From positions 1,119,024-1,183,023 of the forward strand of contig CM082586.2 in NCBI GenBank assembly GCA_040954595.2: a stretch of 64,000 nt of DNA, written 5' to 3'. A model generated the notes under the pieces. The model had not been told where the DNA came from, ran no database searches, and worked only from the letters and a program-made list of their open reading frames with translations. Source of the stretch: Balanoglossus misakiensis. Its lineage: Eukaryota; Animalia; Hemichordata. The translations under genes were made by a program, and so were the position numbers. Shown piece by piece: positions 1 through 13,605 of this stretch (positions within the stretch are counted from its first letter, which is position 1; every line of letters begins with the position of its first letter).

Positions 1-2396
1 AGCATACGCACGGACATTAAGGTGGATGTGCCTGTTGGATTTAGAGCTACCAATGCTCGTCAGCTTATCCACCAATGTAACTGCTCCAGTCAGTTCAAAC
101 AGTTAACAAATCTGATCAGGTTTACAATTAAGTCAGTGAGATATCATGCGTAAGTTTACTGTCTGGCATTTGCAGAGTACTGGAATTTATTGACAAAATC
201 AATACATTTGGATGATGTACTGGTTTGGTTCAGGTTTTGCTATGTCAACTGATATTTTACAGATATATGACACCCGTTTTTTTTTCATTGGTTATTCATG
301 TGGGCGGGTTACGTTATCCATAGAAATGTGAATGTGTTACATGTTGATAAATTAATTTTAAATGAAGGGATAATTATGACAAGATTAATCAGCTGTACCA
401 GTAGATTCAATTCCCTCCATATGTTTGGATGCACTTCAATGGCAAGACTGCTCATATGCACAGATGGTGCTAGTGCCTTCATTTAGTATATCACACAGAC
501 AAAACTGCACTTTATTCAGATGACCATGGCAACATGTATATTTTACTGTAACTCCAAACATTACAAGAAGAGTTTGGCAAATATTAAACCTTGAGTAGAT
601 ATGTTTCCAGTGCATTCATGTAACTTGATGGAAAAGATGCTAAAGCAGTCAACTGAGACTCGTTATCCTAAATCAAATTGAAGGCACATCCATGTTGCCA
701 TTCCTCATCATGCACACACTACAAAAGATCTTCTGTAAAATTGATCGGCGAATGTTTGCCTTGCGTGTTAAGTATTGAACAGTATGCTGAAAGTCTATAT
801 GCTTTGAAAAGGCACACCTTTGATGTTATTCTATAAGACTGTTAATAATTACTGTAATTTATACCAACACAATTCACATTTCCATCTGTCATTGAGTATA
901 TTGTATGTTCTTCTGTGACATAAAATGCATCAGCTTGGGTGGGTCTGTGTAAAATTCAAACAGAGTTAAGTTATCTCACTAGAATTAATAAAAAAAATTG
1001 TATTTCATGTTGCTTAAAAAAACAAGGTACAGTATCAGTTTAATTAAGTTTATTAAAAGCATACTGATGGTTAACATTTCAGGTACAATGAACCAGTGCA
1101 CCATCCAATCACAGGTAGTACATGAGACAGTGGACAAACAGATAAAAACACTGAACCAAATGCAACACATCCAAATCATTTTTATGCTTTGATATTCTTA
1201 AAATGAATAGATAGTGATGATATAATATCTGAACATTCAGTGTTCCAAAAAAATTCCTCTCAAAGAAAAAGGCATGGTTAAACAATATCTGATTCCTTAG
1301 GGCCAGTTGCATCGGTGCATTAATAGCAGTGGGCGACTTCTTACATTTAACTGGTGGGAGATATTGCCACGAAGAGGGAGCTTCTATAAATTACTCTTCG
1401 ATTACTTAGTTTGAATGTCAACGAGAGCGTTAGATGGTACTTGTGTAAGAGATATCACAAGAGAGGCATGTCTGTGTGTTAGAGATGCACTTCTTATCTG
1501 TCCAGTGCCCCCAGCTATACTAACACATCAAAAGACGTTGGCATAAGATAGCATCTTGGCTTCACTGCAAAGAATTGAAGAGTGTTGGGTGCACTCTAAG
1601 TGCAGAGATGTCAGCAAAAGAAGAGATCTTTTATTCGTGATGACCTTTGTCATGATGGTGGATTCTATAATGCCTATTACAACATATAGTGTATCATACT
1701 TTTCAGTACTCCATATTAGCCAGCAATTGCCTCTAAATGAGTCGTTTTGTAAATTCCAAATTAAATTTCACTGTATTATACAAGTACATAATGAAGGCAG
1801 TTCCATTCTCATCCATTATGTACAAATGTTTACTGCTTGTACGAGTATGCGAATGAAAACTACACACAAATTAATGTGGAAAAAACATGTCTGAAAATCA
1901 ATAATAAAATACTAGAATTAGGCATTTATATTTGGTTAGGCATCAATCCCTTTTTGCTGGAAAAATACCGCTTCAATCCCATTACAGCTGGTAAGGTTGT
2001 TCTGTGGAGTGCTGGTGGGTCTTTTAATTACAGCATAACCCCATTGGCCTGATTTGTGTTTTTAGCTGACGGGAAGATTTAACGACAGAGTTTATTCAGA
2101 TATGGTTACTCAGTAATATTACTTGTCCATGCGATTGGAGCTAGTGCCTCAGTATGAGACATGTTATCTTAACTCATCTCATATGATGATGTACAGAATT
2201 ATGAATGCTTCACACATTGTGGTGGACAGGATCGCAAACTCCCATACACACATTTCTGTTTAGTTCTTTGTACATCAGCCGTCTGTGTGTTTGATATACA
2301 GAGACCTTGAATTGTTAAAAATAGGAAAGGTTCATTTCCTTGTTGCTATTGCAGAGAGAAATAAAACAGTTACCATGGTGATAGTAATAAGTATAA

Positions 2397-2560
2397 CCAT
2401 GGTGATGATTTTAAAATTATATGGCAATAAAATAAATATGAGTACAGCTTGTGATATCAAGAAAGAAATAAAGTACTTATCATGGTGATGCAGTTTATTA
2501 CCATGACGATGACATTTAAATTATTTTGTAATAAAGTAAGTATAACTTGTGATATCAAGA
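2397..2560. repeat. Degenerate local tandem duplication (~60-65 bp cores, ~100 bp period)
   Basis: accatggtgatgattttaaaattat..cttgtgatatcaaga (~2397-2462) recurs as accatgacgatgacatttaaattat..cttgtgatatcaaga (~2500-2560). Confidence 0.6.
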
Positions 2561-5111
2561 CAATTTTGTTAGCAGTGTTTAGCATGAGTGAATTTGAAGG
2601 TTGGGATTAAAGTTGTCATGATATGTCAGCATGAATTTGTATATAAGTGGATTGATAGACACTTGGCCACAAATATGAATTTCCGCACCAACACTATGGA
2701 AACAGGAGATATGCTGTACATGTATGATGAATAATGTGACCATATATGTTTAAAATTGTCAAAAATATTAAACAATGTTTAATATTAAACTTAGTTGGTA
2801 GTACATACACAGGTGTACTTTAGAAAATACAAATGTGACAGTTGAATTTACAGTGACGAACATGGTGGATAAAAATCATTAGTTGCCACTGTGACTTTTG
2901 CTCCTCGAAATCTATACAACAAAAGTTCCATCCAAGTTTACAATTTGCCGTAGTAGCTAATGGTTATAGGTTTATATATTGGTTATGACACTGGTATATG
3001 GCTCAATGAAGACCTGTTAGTCCAGTTCAGCCAGCAACATCAAATTTGTCACTGATCCATCTATCTGGATACAATTAGTCCTGACAGAGTGAACCTTGAT
3101 TAGAGTGCACTCACTTGGAATTGTGACGCAGATGTGTTTTCATTGCAGTGTGTCTCACCTACTTTTACAGGAAATGAATGAATTGGTTCTGGTTCAGTTG
3201 GTTTTAGTCCAATTTCAGTCAAGGGATTTGGTGACACGCACAAGTGTGAAGAAATATTGGATGTGAAAGTCCCAAATGGTTCTTTCACGGATATTTCAAT
3301 TCTTTTTGCTTTAATGGCAAAATTATGAGAGTGTGCTTCAGCAATGGCATTTTGGAAGGATCTGAATTAGACATAGGAAACGAAATCAGGGTGATAATCT
3401 CATTATTTCAGAACTATAGAGAGACAAGTCATCCTAATAAGACTATCATTTTCAAAGTGAACTCAGAAATGTTATCCTATGACAATAACACTACAGATGA
3501 TGTCTGCATCAGAAATAATGAAGTAAAGTCTCGTAGGCTCATATGTCAGATAATCCTGAGCATCTGTTCATATTTAAAGCTCACTGCCAAAGAGATCCGG
3601 CATCCTGTATTAGTTTTTAGCTTGGTTGTTTGCCGATGGTCTTATTGCTTGACGTATTTTGCGAATATATCGTCATAAATTTTAGAACTCGCACAATCCG
3701 AGGCTTTTACTTGTATGGAATAATTCATGGGTATGTCAAAAGGGACTGCTAATAAGACTGATTCTGAGAGAACTGGTCAAATTATCATGTGCGTAATATT
3801 CTCTGAGAATTTTGACATATGTCTGTGTGCGGTTCTCATAAATGCACTTCATGTGTTTGCCTGACAATGATTATAATAGACTTGGCAATTTTACCTTTGA
3901 ACATAAAAAACAGTATCCATACCTTATATGTAAGTATTTTATAGAAACTGACAGCTTTATTCATCGGATCCATACTACCGATAATTATTAAGTCTGTGTC
4001 TCACCTGTCTGTAGATATTTGACAATATCTTGTCTACACGTGGCTGTGTACCCTATAGATTTTGGCTTAAAAACACAGTAAGAAAGGTTCTGGAAGGAGC
4101 ATTTGGTAAACAGTGGAGCTTGTGCAACACTTTCAGCCATATAGGCATAACATTTGTTAGTCAATGGTTGACAGCTTATAGGTGAGAGTGTTGATGTGAT
4201 ATTAATAATATTACGAGATGCCGTTTACAAAAGCATTAACATTACTGCAGCCACATGTTGTGACAATTGCACGAATCCACATCTACAAACTCTGTTCTGC
4301 ATCTGCTCAATGCAATCCCCTTCAGGGGACGTTTAAGTTATAATGCGTCTACGATAAATGAGGAATTATGGTCCTCCCCCATTGTTTTTGTGATCTCATT
4401 TGCCAGCTTTTATATCGCAAGCAATTACTCTGCACTAAATAGAAATGTGAATGACGTATGTGTGCCAAGGACGTCATATAAACCCCAGTTTTCTCTTTGT
4501 TTTGCTAATTATGATTAAGAGTGCATGAAATGTCAAATTTTCAACTTGGCCTGCTCCGTGCAGGTCTTGACGTATGTACATTATCGTCATTTCAAGATGG
4601 TCTGGTGGTTTGCTGTTTTTGCAGTTTCAGTCAGTAATGTGAAAGAAAGGCTTTCACTCAGGTTATTCCAAGAACAGGATTGTTCAGTGTCCCATAAAAC
4701 TCACGGGAAAAACTCAAGTGTGAGTGAATGATGCTCTCCATAGCTTATACACGTTATATACATATGCATTTGACGTCATCATATTATGTGCTTTTCAATT
4801 CAATTAAAAACCCGCTGGCTAATGTAATAAATCAGTTACAATTATTTCTTGATCTGGTGACACTTCAAGGTAGCTCTTAGCTTACAACAAAAATACTTCT
4901 GTAGTCATAGCATTTTGAGCACTTTCATTCTAATTTTGTCCTGTAAACAATACCTTGTGAAGAAATCGTTATGAACGTTTCCATTTGCTGAAAGTCTTGT
5001 CCTGAAGTGAGCATCACTGTAACTCATGCGGAAATACAATGAGAAACCATTTTATTCATGCAGCCAGTGATTGAAAGATGTGTAATTCAATTCATTGTGG
5101 TTCATTTACAG

Positions 5112-8100
5112 GTGAAGACGGGTTATTTTTCTGTGAGTGACGGAAAACATGAGCCAGAGGCTGTGCGAATACAGTTATCCAGAGAAGCATTGATTCTTCA
5201 AAAAGAAGAATACGTTAGCGTGCCTGTGGTGAATCACACAGTAAGTCTAATGCCTCTTTTCAGGTTCATTGCGAGGATTTGCTGAAGATTGGGGGCAGAC
5301 AGTCAGTCTCAAAAGACGTCAAGACTTTTATTCGGAAGTGGCCGATGGCAATTACAGCATTTATACAAAGTCTGATGCATTGGGATTGAAGTACTTGATG
5401 TATGGGGTGAAATCAGTGAATTGGCAATAGAAGGAAACAGACTTTTTATTTTCGTCATATTATTTTTTTTTTGTTCAACAGGCAAACTTCCCAGATGATG
5501 ATGAAGAAATGACAAAGGTGAGAAATGATTTTTGTTTCACAAATAACAGAGAATTTGTCCGACAATAGCCGTCATCATGCTAGTCAGAGACTGAGTCTGC
5601 TTTCTGATACACCGCCTCTAGTCAGTAAAAATGAACTACTGGAACGACGATTATGCCGGCAAATCTTTCCATGAATCTTTTTATCCGTCTTCTGGAAAGA
5701 GATTTACCTGTCCACACCAGGTGTGGTCTCAGTAACAGTGTTTTGTTGATTTTTCAGGAGAGGGTAGTCACAATACGAAGACAGAGGATAGGCGGGTTAG
5801 GCCTTAGTATCAAGGTATGTTATGACATTAATCTTATCTAAGACTTTATTGTCCTGTTGATTTTTATGCTAATCTGCCAGGAAGAGGAAACATTAATTTC
5901 ATTTCTTGGATTATTAAAGAGTTTGTTTGCAGAAATGGATTTCAAAGCTTCCCGCAGTTCCTCTGCTAGGTTAAACATTTGTGCCACCCCAATGGGACTT
6001 GCTGTTGTTTTGTTAAAACTGAATACAGCCTCAGAGATTACGACAGAAATCAGCTTTGCATACATGATTTGTTACAGTATAATCCTGCTAGTGCATAGAC
6101 TCAGTTCACTGACCGGCTGTTCAATAAAAACCACAATATTTGAGGGGTTTGACAGATATTAATATGCTATCTATTTCAGGGTGGTGCTGAACATGGAATT
6201 CCAATTTTAATATCTAGGATATTCAAAGACCAAGCAGGTAAGATAAAAGTATTTTACAATAAAAATCTCCAAGTAATTTATAGCATTGAATGCCAATGTT
6301 AGAGTGTCATCAGCAGAGCAATAAAGTGATTGTCCCAACCCTGACCCATTAAGAGCCATTTTTCTGAAATTAGCCAGTATTTCCCCCTCGAGATTCTGAT
6401 CACTACGAATTGACGACCTTCACTTGAAGATGGTAATTCATAGGGATTTTGAAAGCCATTATACATTTATTCCTTCTGACGGACACCAACACACGCCTAC
6501 TAATGATGTTCAGCGTACCACAATCTGCAGGTGTAGCAGGTGATAAAACGTTTTAATGGAAAGAAAAAATCAGAAACTCTGTCCAATTAGGAAAGCAGGC
6601 ATTTCAAGAAACACAGAAGGGCGTCAAGCTCTAAATACCCTTTTCAGGAAAAAGAAGTCCCCTAAATGATATCATTGAGATGTCTATTGACTTGGTAAAC
6701 ATCGTCTAAGTAGAAAATCTTGTCAAGGAACTGACTAAATATGTAGATTGGATTTACATGTCAGGGTGGTGGGTTTTTTGCCATCATGGCTGGAAAAATG
6801 ACGGATGCATCGATTCCATCTTAAAAGCACTTTACAGACTTCATATGCTTAAAATTTAACGATTTCTGAAGTAGCAGTTATTACATTAAAGACAAGAATG
6901 TGTTATGGCGGGGTTATAAGGGTGACTCACGTTGGGTGTCGCATGCATTTCAAGTGATCGGATTTTCATTGAAATGTGTTGTTTCTTTTCAGCTGATCAA
7001 ACAGGCCAACTCTACGTTGGAGATGCAATATTAAAAGTGAGTCCATTATGCTTTGAATATTATATATGCGAATTCGTATCGTAGAATGTGATCTCAGTGG
7101 TCGCATTGCCATAAACACCAAAGTTCCTAATCTAACACAGATAATGATGTGTTTAATATCAAAGCGAAACAAAGTATGGCATAAACTGATCAGTTGAACC
7201 TTCTGTATTACTCTATGCTGTAGGTTAATGGTGTTGATATTGAAGACGCAACACATGATGATGCGGTGAGTCACCTTTACCAAGGCTTGGTTGACCTCAG
7301 TTGACCTTGTCTATACTAATACTGTATCAACAAATCAAAATAATGATACAAAGCTGTTGGCATATTCTGATGAGAGTTCTTTTGGAGACATACATTAAAG
7401 GAAGTTTTGATGCAGTTTTCTTTATTATTTGTGATAATTATGATATTTGGTTATTATTGGCCAGATGGTACAAGTAGTAGATAATGTGACATCTAACCAA
7501 GTGTGCCAATTTTGACTATTGCAGGTAGCTGCCTTGAAAAATGCCGGTTCTGAAGTCACGCTAACGGTTCGACACTTCAAAGCGGCCACTCCGTATCTCA
7601 GACAGAATGGTAAGATGGTATTATGCAAAATGTCCTATGAGGGGTGAAGGGACCTTTGTAAAGACCTAGATTCACTAAGATTCAAGCGCAGTTCCTTATT
7701 CTGTTTAATTTTTTTTTCATCAGTGAAGAGGCCGCCAGGTGTCAGCCATGAGAACAGTAACGGCATAACTGAGTACAGTCATATGAATGGACCAGACTCT
7801 GATGGCAGCGAGGTCAGTCAATTTGCGTGCTTCTAGTTTGGCATTCTCAAAAATCAAACGAAATTTGCTTTTAGACTTAGAGGGCGTTGCATCTTTTGCA
7901 GGCAACCAATGGTGCTGATGCTTTGACCGTTGAGGAATCACAAGTCTCTCCAAAACTTGAAAAGAGGTGGACAGATGTACTGATGGTGCCGTTACTCATG
8001 GCTAGAATTAGTAGATATATGCCAGGTAGTGATAAAATTAGGTAAGAGTTGGTTATCATCAGTTATGCATGGTTATCTCTGGTTACAGAATATAACTTGT

Positions 8101-10552
8101 AAGTTGGACATTTTAGTGCATCAATGCAGAAGTACCATTCACTGATAGAGATGTTTTTTGTACCAGCAGGAATTTAGCGTTTGAAGTGATAGCAATGGAC
8201 AGCACATCATCTGGTGTGATACACTGCAACGATTCAGCGGAGCTAGTGGATTGGATAAAAGCAATATCAGCCAATGTGGCAACACTCAATGCACAATCCG
8301 TAAGTATATGGCACATATGCCCCTGTAACACACCTGTAACAGTAGTCGGACAGACTTAAAATATTGAGCAATTGCCAGCTATATAACTTGTGGCTGAGAC
8401 TCAGAAATATGTGTTTTATTTTACAAAAAAATACCTTTCCTTTTCAGATGAAAATCACGAATAATTTACTGCCTCATACAGAACAGGTAAGGCATCTGCT
8501 ATTGTCATTTCATAATGAAACAACTGTCAACAAAATTTGTTAACACATTCGCCTGAATCTATGAGTGTGTTGGAATATAAAATATCTGTCAATGATTTTG
8601 CTGTTCACCCTCTGTTCCTCCCCTCTTTTTAATGCCAAAACCCTCTTCTTTGTGTGTCTATGCCTGTAGAACAAGGTATGAAAATCCACTTTTGCAGAAT
8701 CCTCCATTTTCTTTTTCTATCTCTCTTCTCTTATTTTGTGTGATATGTACTGTACCAATTCTACACTCTGACACAGATTATGTCGAGTCTCTGGGATTTC
8801 TGTGTATTAAACTTTGTTTGTCTCATGTCTGCAAACCATGCTCTCTACTATTATGATTGAAATACACGTATCTGTAATAACCATATGTTAGTGCCCATGG
8901 CCATACAACAACTTTGAGGTCTCCAGGCAGTCTTCGGTGATTAGATTTGAAACACGCAATATATGTTTCTGTTTCAGGTGCTGCACATGGGTTGGTTGAG
9001 TGAGAGACTGCCGGCTAGCAGGTCATGGCAACACTGGAAACCAAAGTTTTTAGCAATAAGAGGATCGGAGATTATGATCTTCGACAGCCCACCAGTAAGT
9101 CACTGGTTTCATTGAGATTCTCTGATCCAGCTTATGAGCAAAATATAATTTAGAGAACAAAACCAAGTATTTCTCTCTATTCTCCCTGTAATCTGTAAAG
9201 ACAATGCCTCTATGATTTAAGGGGCACATATCCTTAATTTTATACTCATTCTAATGATGTAATTTTGTTCATTAGGTCAATACCAGAGACTGGGTTCGTT
9301 GCGAGAGAAATTACAAACTCTGTGAAGTACTATGCAGACTTTTTAAGGTGAGATGGCTTCGATTCTCTAAATAATTCATGTACCATTTAAGTGTGTCAAA
9401 CAGTATAATAGCTGTATGTCTGTTTGGAGAATATATTCCATCAGCCCAGCCATAAACCCTTCATATTTAGAACCAGCTATGCTGATTTTTGTCACATTTC
9501 AGGAGTCGGAGTTAGCAGACGAGAGACCCAATAGTTTTACTCTGCAGAGCGGCTCAGGGTCGACACATTACCTCAGTACAGAGACGAAAGGTGAACTGCA
9601 TGTCTGGCTCAACGCGGTGCAGAAAGCTACCTTCACTGCAGTGGCTAAATTAGGGGTAAGTCATGATGAAGACTATGAATATGATGTTTCTCTTTATATA
9701 CACAATTTGTGCCCAAATATTGCAGTATATGTAATAATGTAGATATAGAATCAATAATCTGAAGAAACCACGAAAATTATTTTGAAATGTCGCAGGTTCG
9801 CGCTACCGCACTGTTGCCATTGTAACTTTAAATATATTCAAACGCGCGAAATACATTCTCGTTCACAAATTCTTCCAGAGTAAAACGTACGGCTGCACGT
9901 GGAGGGGGAAAGTCGTAGGCTTGACGTTAGATTTCGGCAATGGTTTTACATTGTTTGATGCACAAAATAAGGTAAGCATGCCCTCACCTTTGTTGTCTTC
10001 ATATCTCAATATGTGAAAGATTTGAATACATGTATATTGTTTAAAAAAATACAAACTATGTGTTATAAACAACTACATGTAACTTCAAAAATCTAATAAG
10101 ATCAACACTGATTTTTGTGACTGTTGTATTCCAGCAAATAATTCTGTGGAAGTACAGGTTTTCACAGTTGAAAGGTTCATCTGATGATGGCAAAGCAAAG
10201 GTGAAACTCCACTTCCAGAACTCATCGGCCAACCAAATTGAAACACAGGTAATATTAAACAATCATGTTGAAAAGTCAAGTACTGTATTTCATCTTAAGT
10301 GAATTCCCAAGACAAGAAACCAGACGTTTTTGTTGTTTTTTGTAAAATCTCTTTTTAATGATTTACCAACTAGTCCTTGCAAAATGACAACATGTGTTTC
10401 TTTTTATTTTCTTTCAGGAGCTTGAATGTCCAAATCTTACAAAGTTACTGTACTGCATGCATGCCTTCCTCTCGGCAAAACTCGCTGCCGTAGATCCAGT
10501 GTTTATGAAGAACACGGCACAGTTGGAAGTCCCTCCGGAAAATGTCCTATGA
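5112..10552 (+). CDS. SNTG1: Gamma-syntrophin (SNTG1/SNTG2-like), multi-exon; short first coding exon not located
   Basis: In-frame AG/GT exons: 5112-5240 (VKTGYFSVSDGK..), 5482-5517, 5758-5814 (ERVVTIRRQRIGGLGLSIK), 6180-6237 (GGAEHGIPILISRIFKDQA), 6993-7036 (DQTGQLYVGDAILK), 7224-7265 (VNGVDIEDATHDDA), 7525-7609, 7724-7812, 7902-8041 (EKRWTDVLMVPLLMARISRY), 8170-8299, 8448-8486, 8978-9094 (VLHMGWLSER..WKPKFLAIRG), 9276-9347, 9503-9655, 9879-9971, 10135-10248 (WKYRFSQLKGSSDDGK), 10418-10552 (LYCMHAFLSAK..stop). Split PH/PDZ/PH/SU layout of syntrophins; SNTG1 vs SNTG2 orthology not resolvable. Confidence 0.92.
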
Positions 10553-12343
10553 CAGCAAATTGTAACAGTTACTCTCTGATGCCACAATGGGAAAGTGCTG
10601 TACTCTCATCACACCCATCTACATATACACAGTTAACCCTTATATGCAAATTTTTCAAACCAGGGACTGTTTTTCCCAGCAGGTTAAGGAGCCCTTTCAC
10701 AGTTGGTGAAATCCCATTGGTGTATTTCACAGCTATCTGCATAAAGCTCCTCAAACGGACTGTTGGTTCAAAGTAATTTTTAAAGCCTTTGTAAATACCA
10801 GTCCATTTTGCTAATATCAATTTCTATTACATTATCCCTTTTTAATAAAACTTTTACTCTCAAATATCCAATTCTATAAAGTACATTTCATATCGGTTAG
10901 ACTTTCTTGCTTGAAATCATGGTGGTTGTTTGACTTACTTACACACTACAATACAGTACATTGTCGAATGCAGTGTATGATACAAATTCTTGTGTCTGTG
11001 AACATTAAAAGCAACATTATCTCTTTATAAACTTCGAAACTTCATACAGCATACCCATGTAGTTACATAGATGAGACTGCATGCATATAATATTACCCCC
11101 AGATTGTTAGGGCAACATCTCTCAACAATGGAAGATCAAACTTACCATTAAGTATCACTGTTCAGCATTTATCAAATTGTGCAATTGATTTACAGACTTT
11201 GTGCAAATTTCATAAGAAAATTTTGAAGGGTTGTAAAATTTGCAACCACAATTCACATCTTGTTTTAATGTTACCTGGAAATCAATTGATGTGATCTTTT
11301 TGTACATGAGAACTATAGCGGCCATGTAGGGTGGTACTCCCCAAAACAAGACATGGCCGCCGGCTTGAGAAAGTTCACATTTTCACTGCCATCATGATCA
11401 TTTTTCATGACAGTACCTTTGTATAAATTGGACATCTTGGCTGTAATGTGTCAAAGTAAAACAAAAATTTAGTTTTGTTGTAGAGTTAGATATTTGACCA
11501 ATGTACTGGTATGTATCTATGTGAATTTGTTTTTGTGAATACAAATTCGCTTTTAATTAACCCTGCTTATTATTAATATTGCAAAGGTAGCCAACCAGAA
11601 AACAGGTTGGCGATGCAACTACAAAAACGAAAGTCTGTCACAACACTTTCACTTGTTGGTGCCCTGTCATTTCCTTTTTTACAAGCAATCCTATGTGGAT
11701 GGAAAAATTAATCTATGCAATTATTAATCTTAATATCAAATCATTGCAATCTCTAACTATGATGCAAAGCGAAAGATGTCTTTTATTTGGAATGGTTAGG
11801 TTTTAGATTAAGGAGAACTCGCAGCTGATTTTGTCTTGTCCATCTGTTCCTGCATAATTTGGGATAAATGTTGTGCATTTTGATGCTGTGGGTTATAACT
11901 ATTCATGCGAGGCTAAATCAGGCCTCGGAAAAATTTGCAGAATTTTTCCACATTTGAAGAATGAAGCTTCAAAAGTTATCTCACACATTAATGAAGAATT
12001 GTCGAATCACCATAATTGCAGAAATATTTAGCAACATTTTAAAATCCAACTTGGCTACCAGTTGCCAAGTTCATAAGTTGAACTCATTGGGTTCTGAAAT
12101 GGTGATTTTGTTGATAAACAAAATTTGCCTGCATCAAGGCTATGTGGCAGTTGGCATGGCAACATGACCTCGTTAACACATTTCTTCTTTTTAACATGGG
12201 ATGTGTATGTGTTGGTCAGACTGTATTGTAATTTATTCCAACTTTGCCCGCCAAAGTAATCGGTTGAAATGAAAATTATATATACTGTATATATGATAAA
12301 TTTGACAACTGTTTGTATGGAATAAAAACAACTTGATTAATTC

Positions 12344-12510
12344 TTAAAGGTATACGGTCACCTCCAATTTACATATCGCCATATATAGTTGAAATGGCGT
12401 ATTTGAGTGTTCTAAAGAACGCTTTATTTTTGCGTGTGCCACCCACTGAAAATCTGTGATTGGTCAGATCTCGTTTTACCATGGTAACTGTGGCTAAATT
12501 TGTATAGGTG
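12344..12510 (+). mobile_element. MITE, 3'-truncated copy of TTAA-flanked family (T2/Kolobok-like)
   Basis: Begins TTAA-AGGTATACGGTCACCT and aligns along its length with the complete copy at 40264-40457; similarity stops inside the right TIR (..tgtataggtg). Confidence 0.85.
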
Positions 12511-13605
12511 GTTCTCCAGATGTTTTTAATAGACACAGAAGTATGCCGATGATGCTATAATGGACCAAGATTATCCATATGGAACAAAGACAACCAAGAA
12601 CAGTAAAAGAAATGGCCATTGGGATATATTGAAGAGGATAGCAGGTACTATATATACCACATGACGTGCACATTATCATACTTTCATTTCTTTGAAGATG
12701 TATATATTTATTTACTGTATATCAAAAACTGCAAACCATGTAAAATGACAAAAATGTTAATTGTATTGGGAACCTGCCTATACAGCACAAAAACTTCAAT
12801 TCCTCCACCATATTGATAGAGCAGTAGCCATTGGCATTAAAATTGGATATACATGCATATCCTTGGATAAATTTATACATTGATTTTTTTACCGAAGAAA
12901 TTTGTACTTAAGATTTGGAGAAAGTTGTCTTTCAATATTATATAAACTTGGAAACAAAACTTGCATAAAATAATCAATGTCGGCTGAAATAAGCTTATTT
13001 GCATATTATACACAGCTTTCTCATGATAGGTCAATTTCTGTGTGTAATTAACCAATCGTATGATTGCTGAAGATTTTAAGTAAAGGTCGTTTTATAAGCT
13101 GTAAGCTAGGATCAAAGTTTGTAGGTCACATCAGCATTATCTACATACATGTATAGTACTCAGGGATAGTACTTTAAAAACAGTTTTGGAAACCAGCTCC
13201 TTAAAATTTGCTTTTCAGAAAAGAAATGTTCAATGTAGTCCATGAAAATTTCAGGAAATATACAGCTCATTCAATGTAAACGAATGACAATTGCAAAATC
13301 TGTCTTCATACAGTAGGTGTGATAAAGTAAAACAATTTAAAAACTGGAAGAGTGTCAACAATGTTGACACGATGTCCCAAATGGCTCCGTCGCTGGTGGC
13401 GCTGTGCGAGTGAGCGAAATGGTGCCGTCGCTGGTGGCGCTGTTCAAAGGAGCGCTGTACTATTGTTCACTGTTGACAAGGACAATGATGAGTCGCTTCC
13501 AACCATTTTCTTTTAATCACAAACTTGAAAGCTCGTCTTTAACACACTCCCAACACACGGATTGAATTTTATGTATGACTTCTGATACTCCTTTCCTACA
13601 GCAGT

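Noticed and set aside
1-5100. Short ORFs and candidate first exon of syntrophin
   Set aside because: No recognisable protein similarity or convincing ATG-plus-donor exon; probably intron 1.
5552-5620. Possible mutually exclusive syntrophin exon (NLSDNSRHHASQRLSLLSDTPPL) 34 nt after the microexon
   Set aside because: Requires a weak GAG acceptor and a gtcagt donor; no homology support.
11318-11360. 10-bp inverted repeat gcggccatgt/acatggccgc in the syntrophin 3' region
   Set aside because: Too short to distinguish from chance or a decayed mini-element.
13378-13443. Direct repeat aaatgg..ccgtcgctggtggcgctgt x2 as CTCF/REST sites
   Set aside because: Only partial motif matches; a simple local duplication or repeat remnant explains it.
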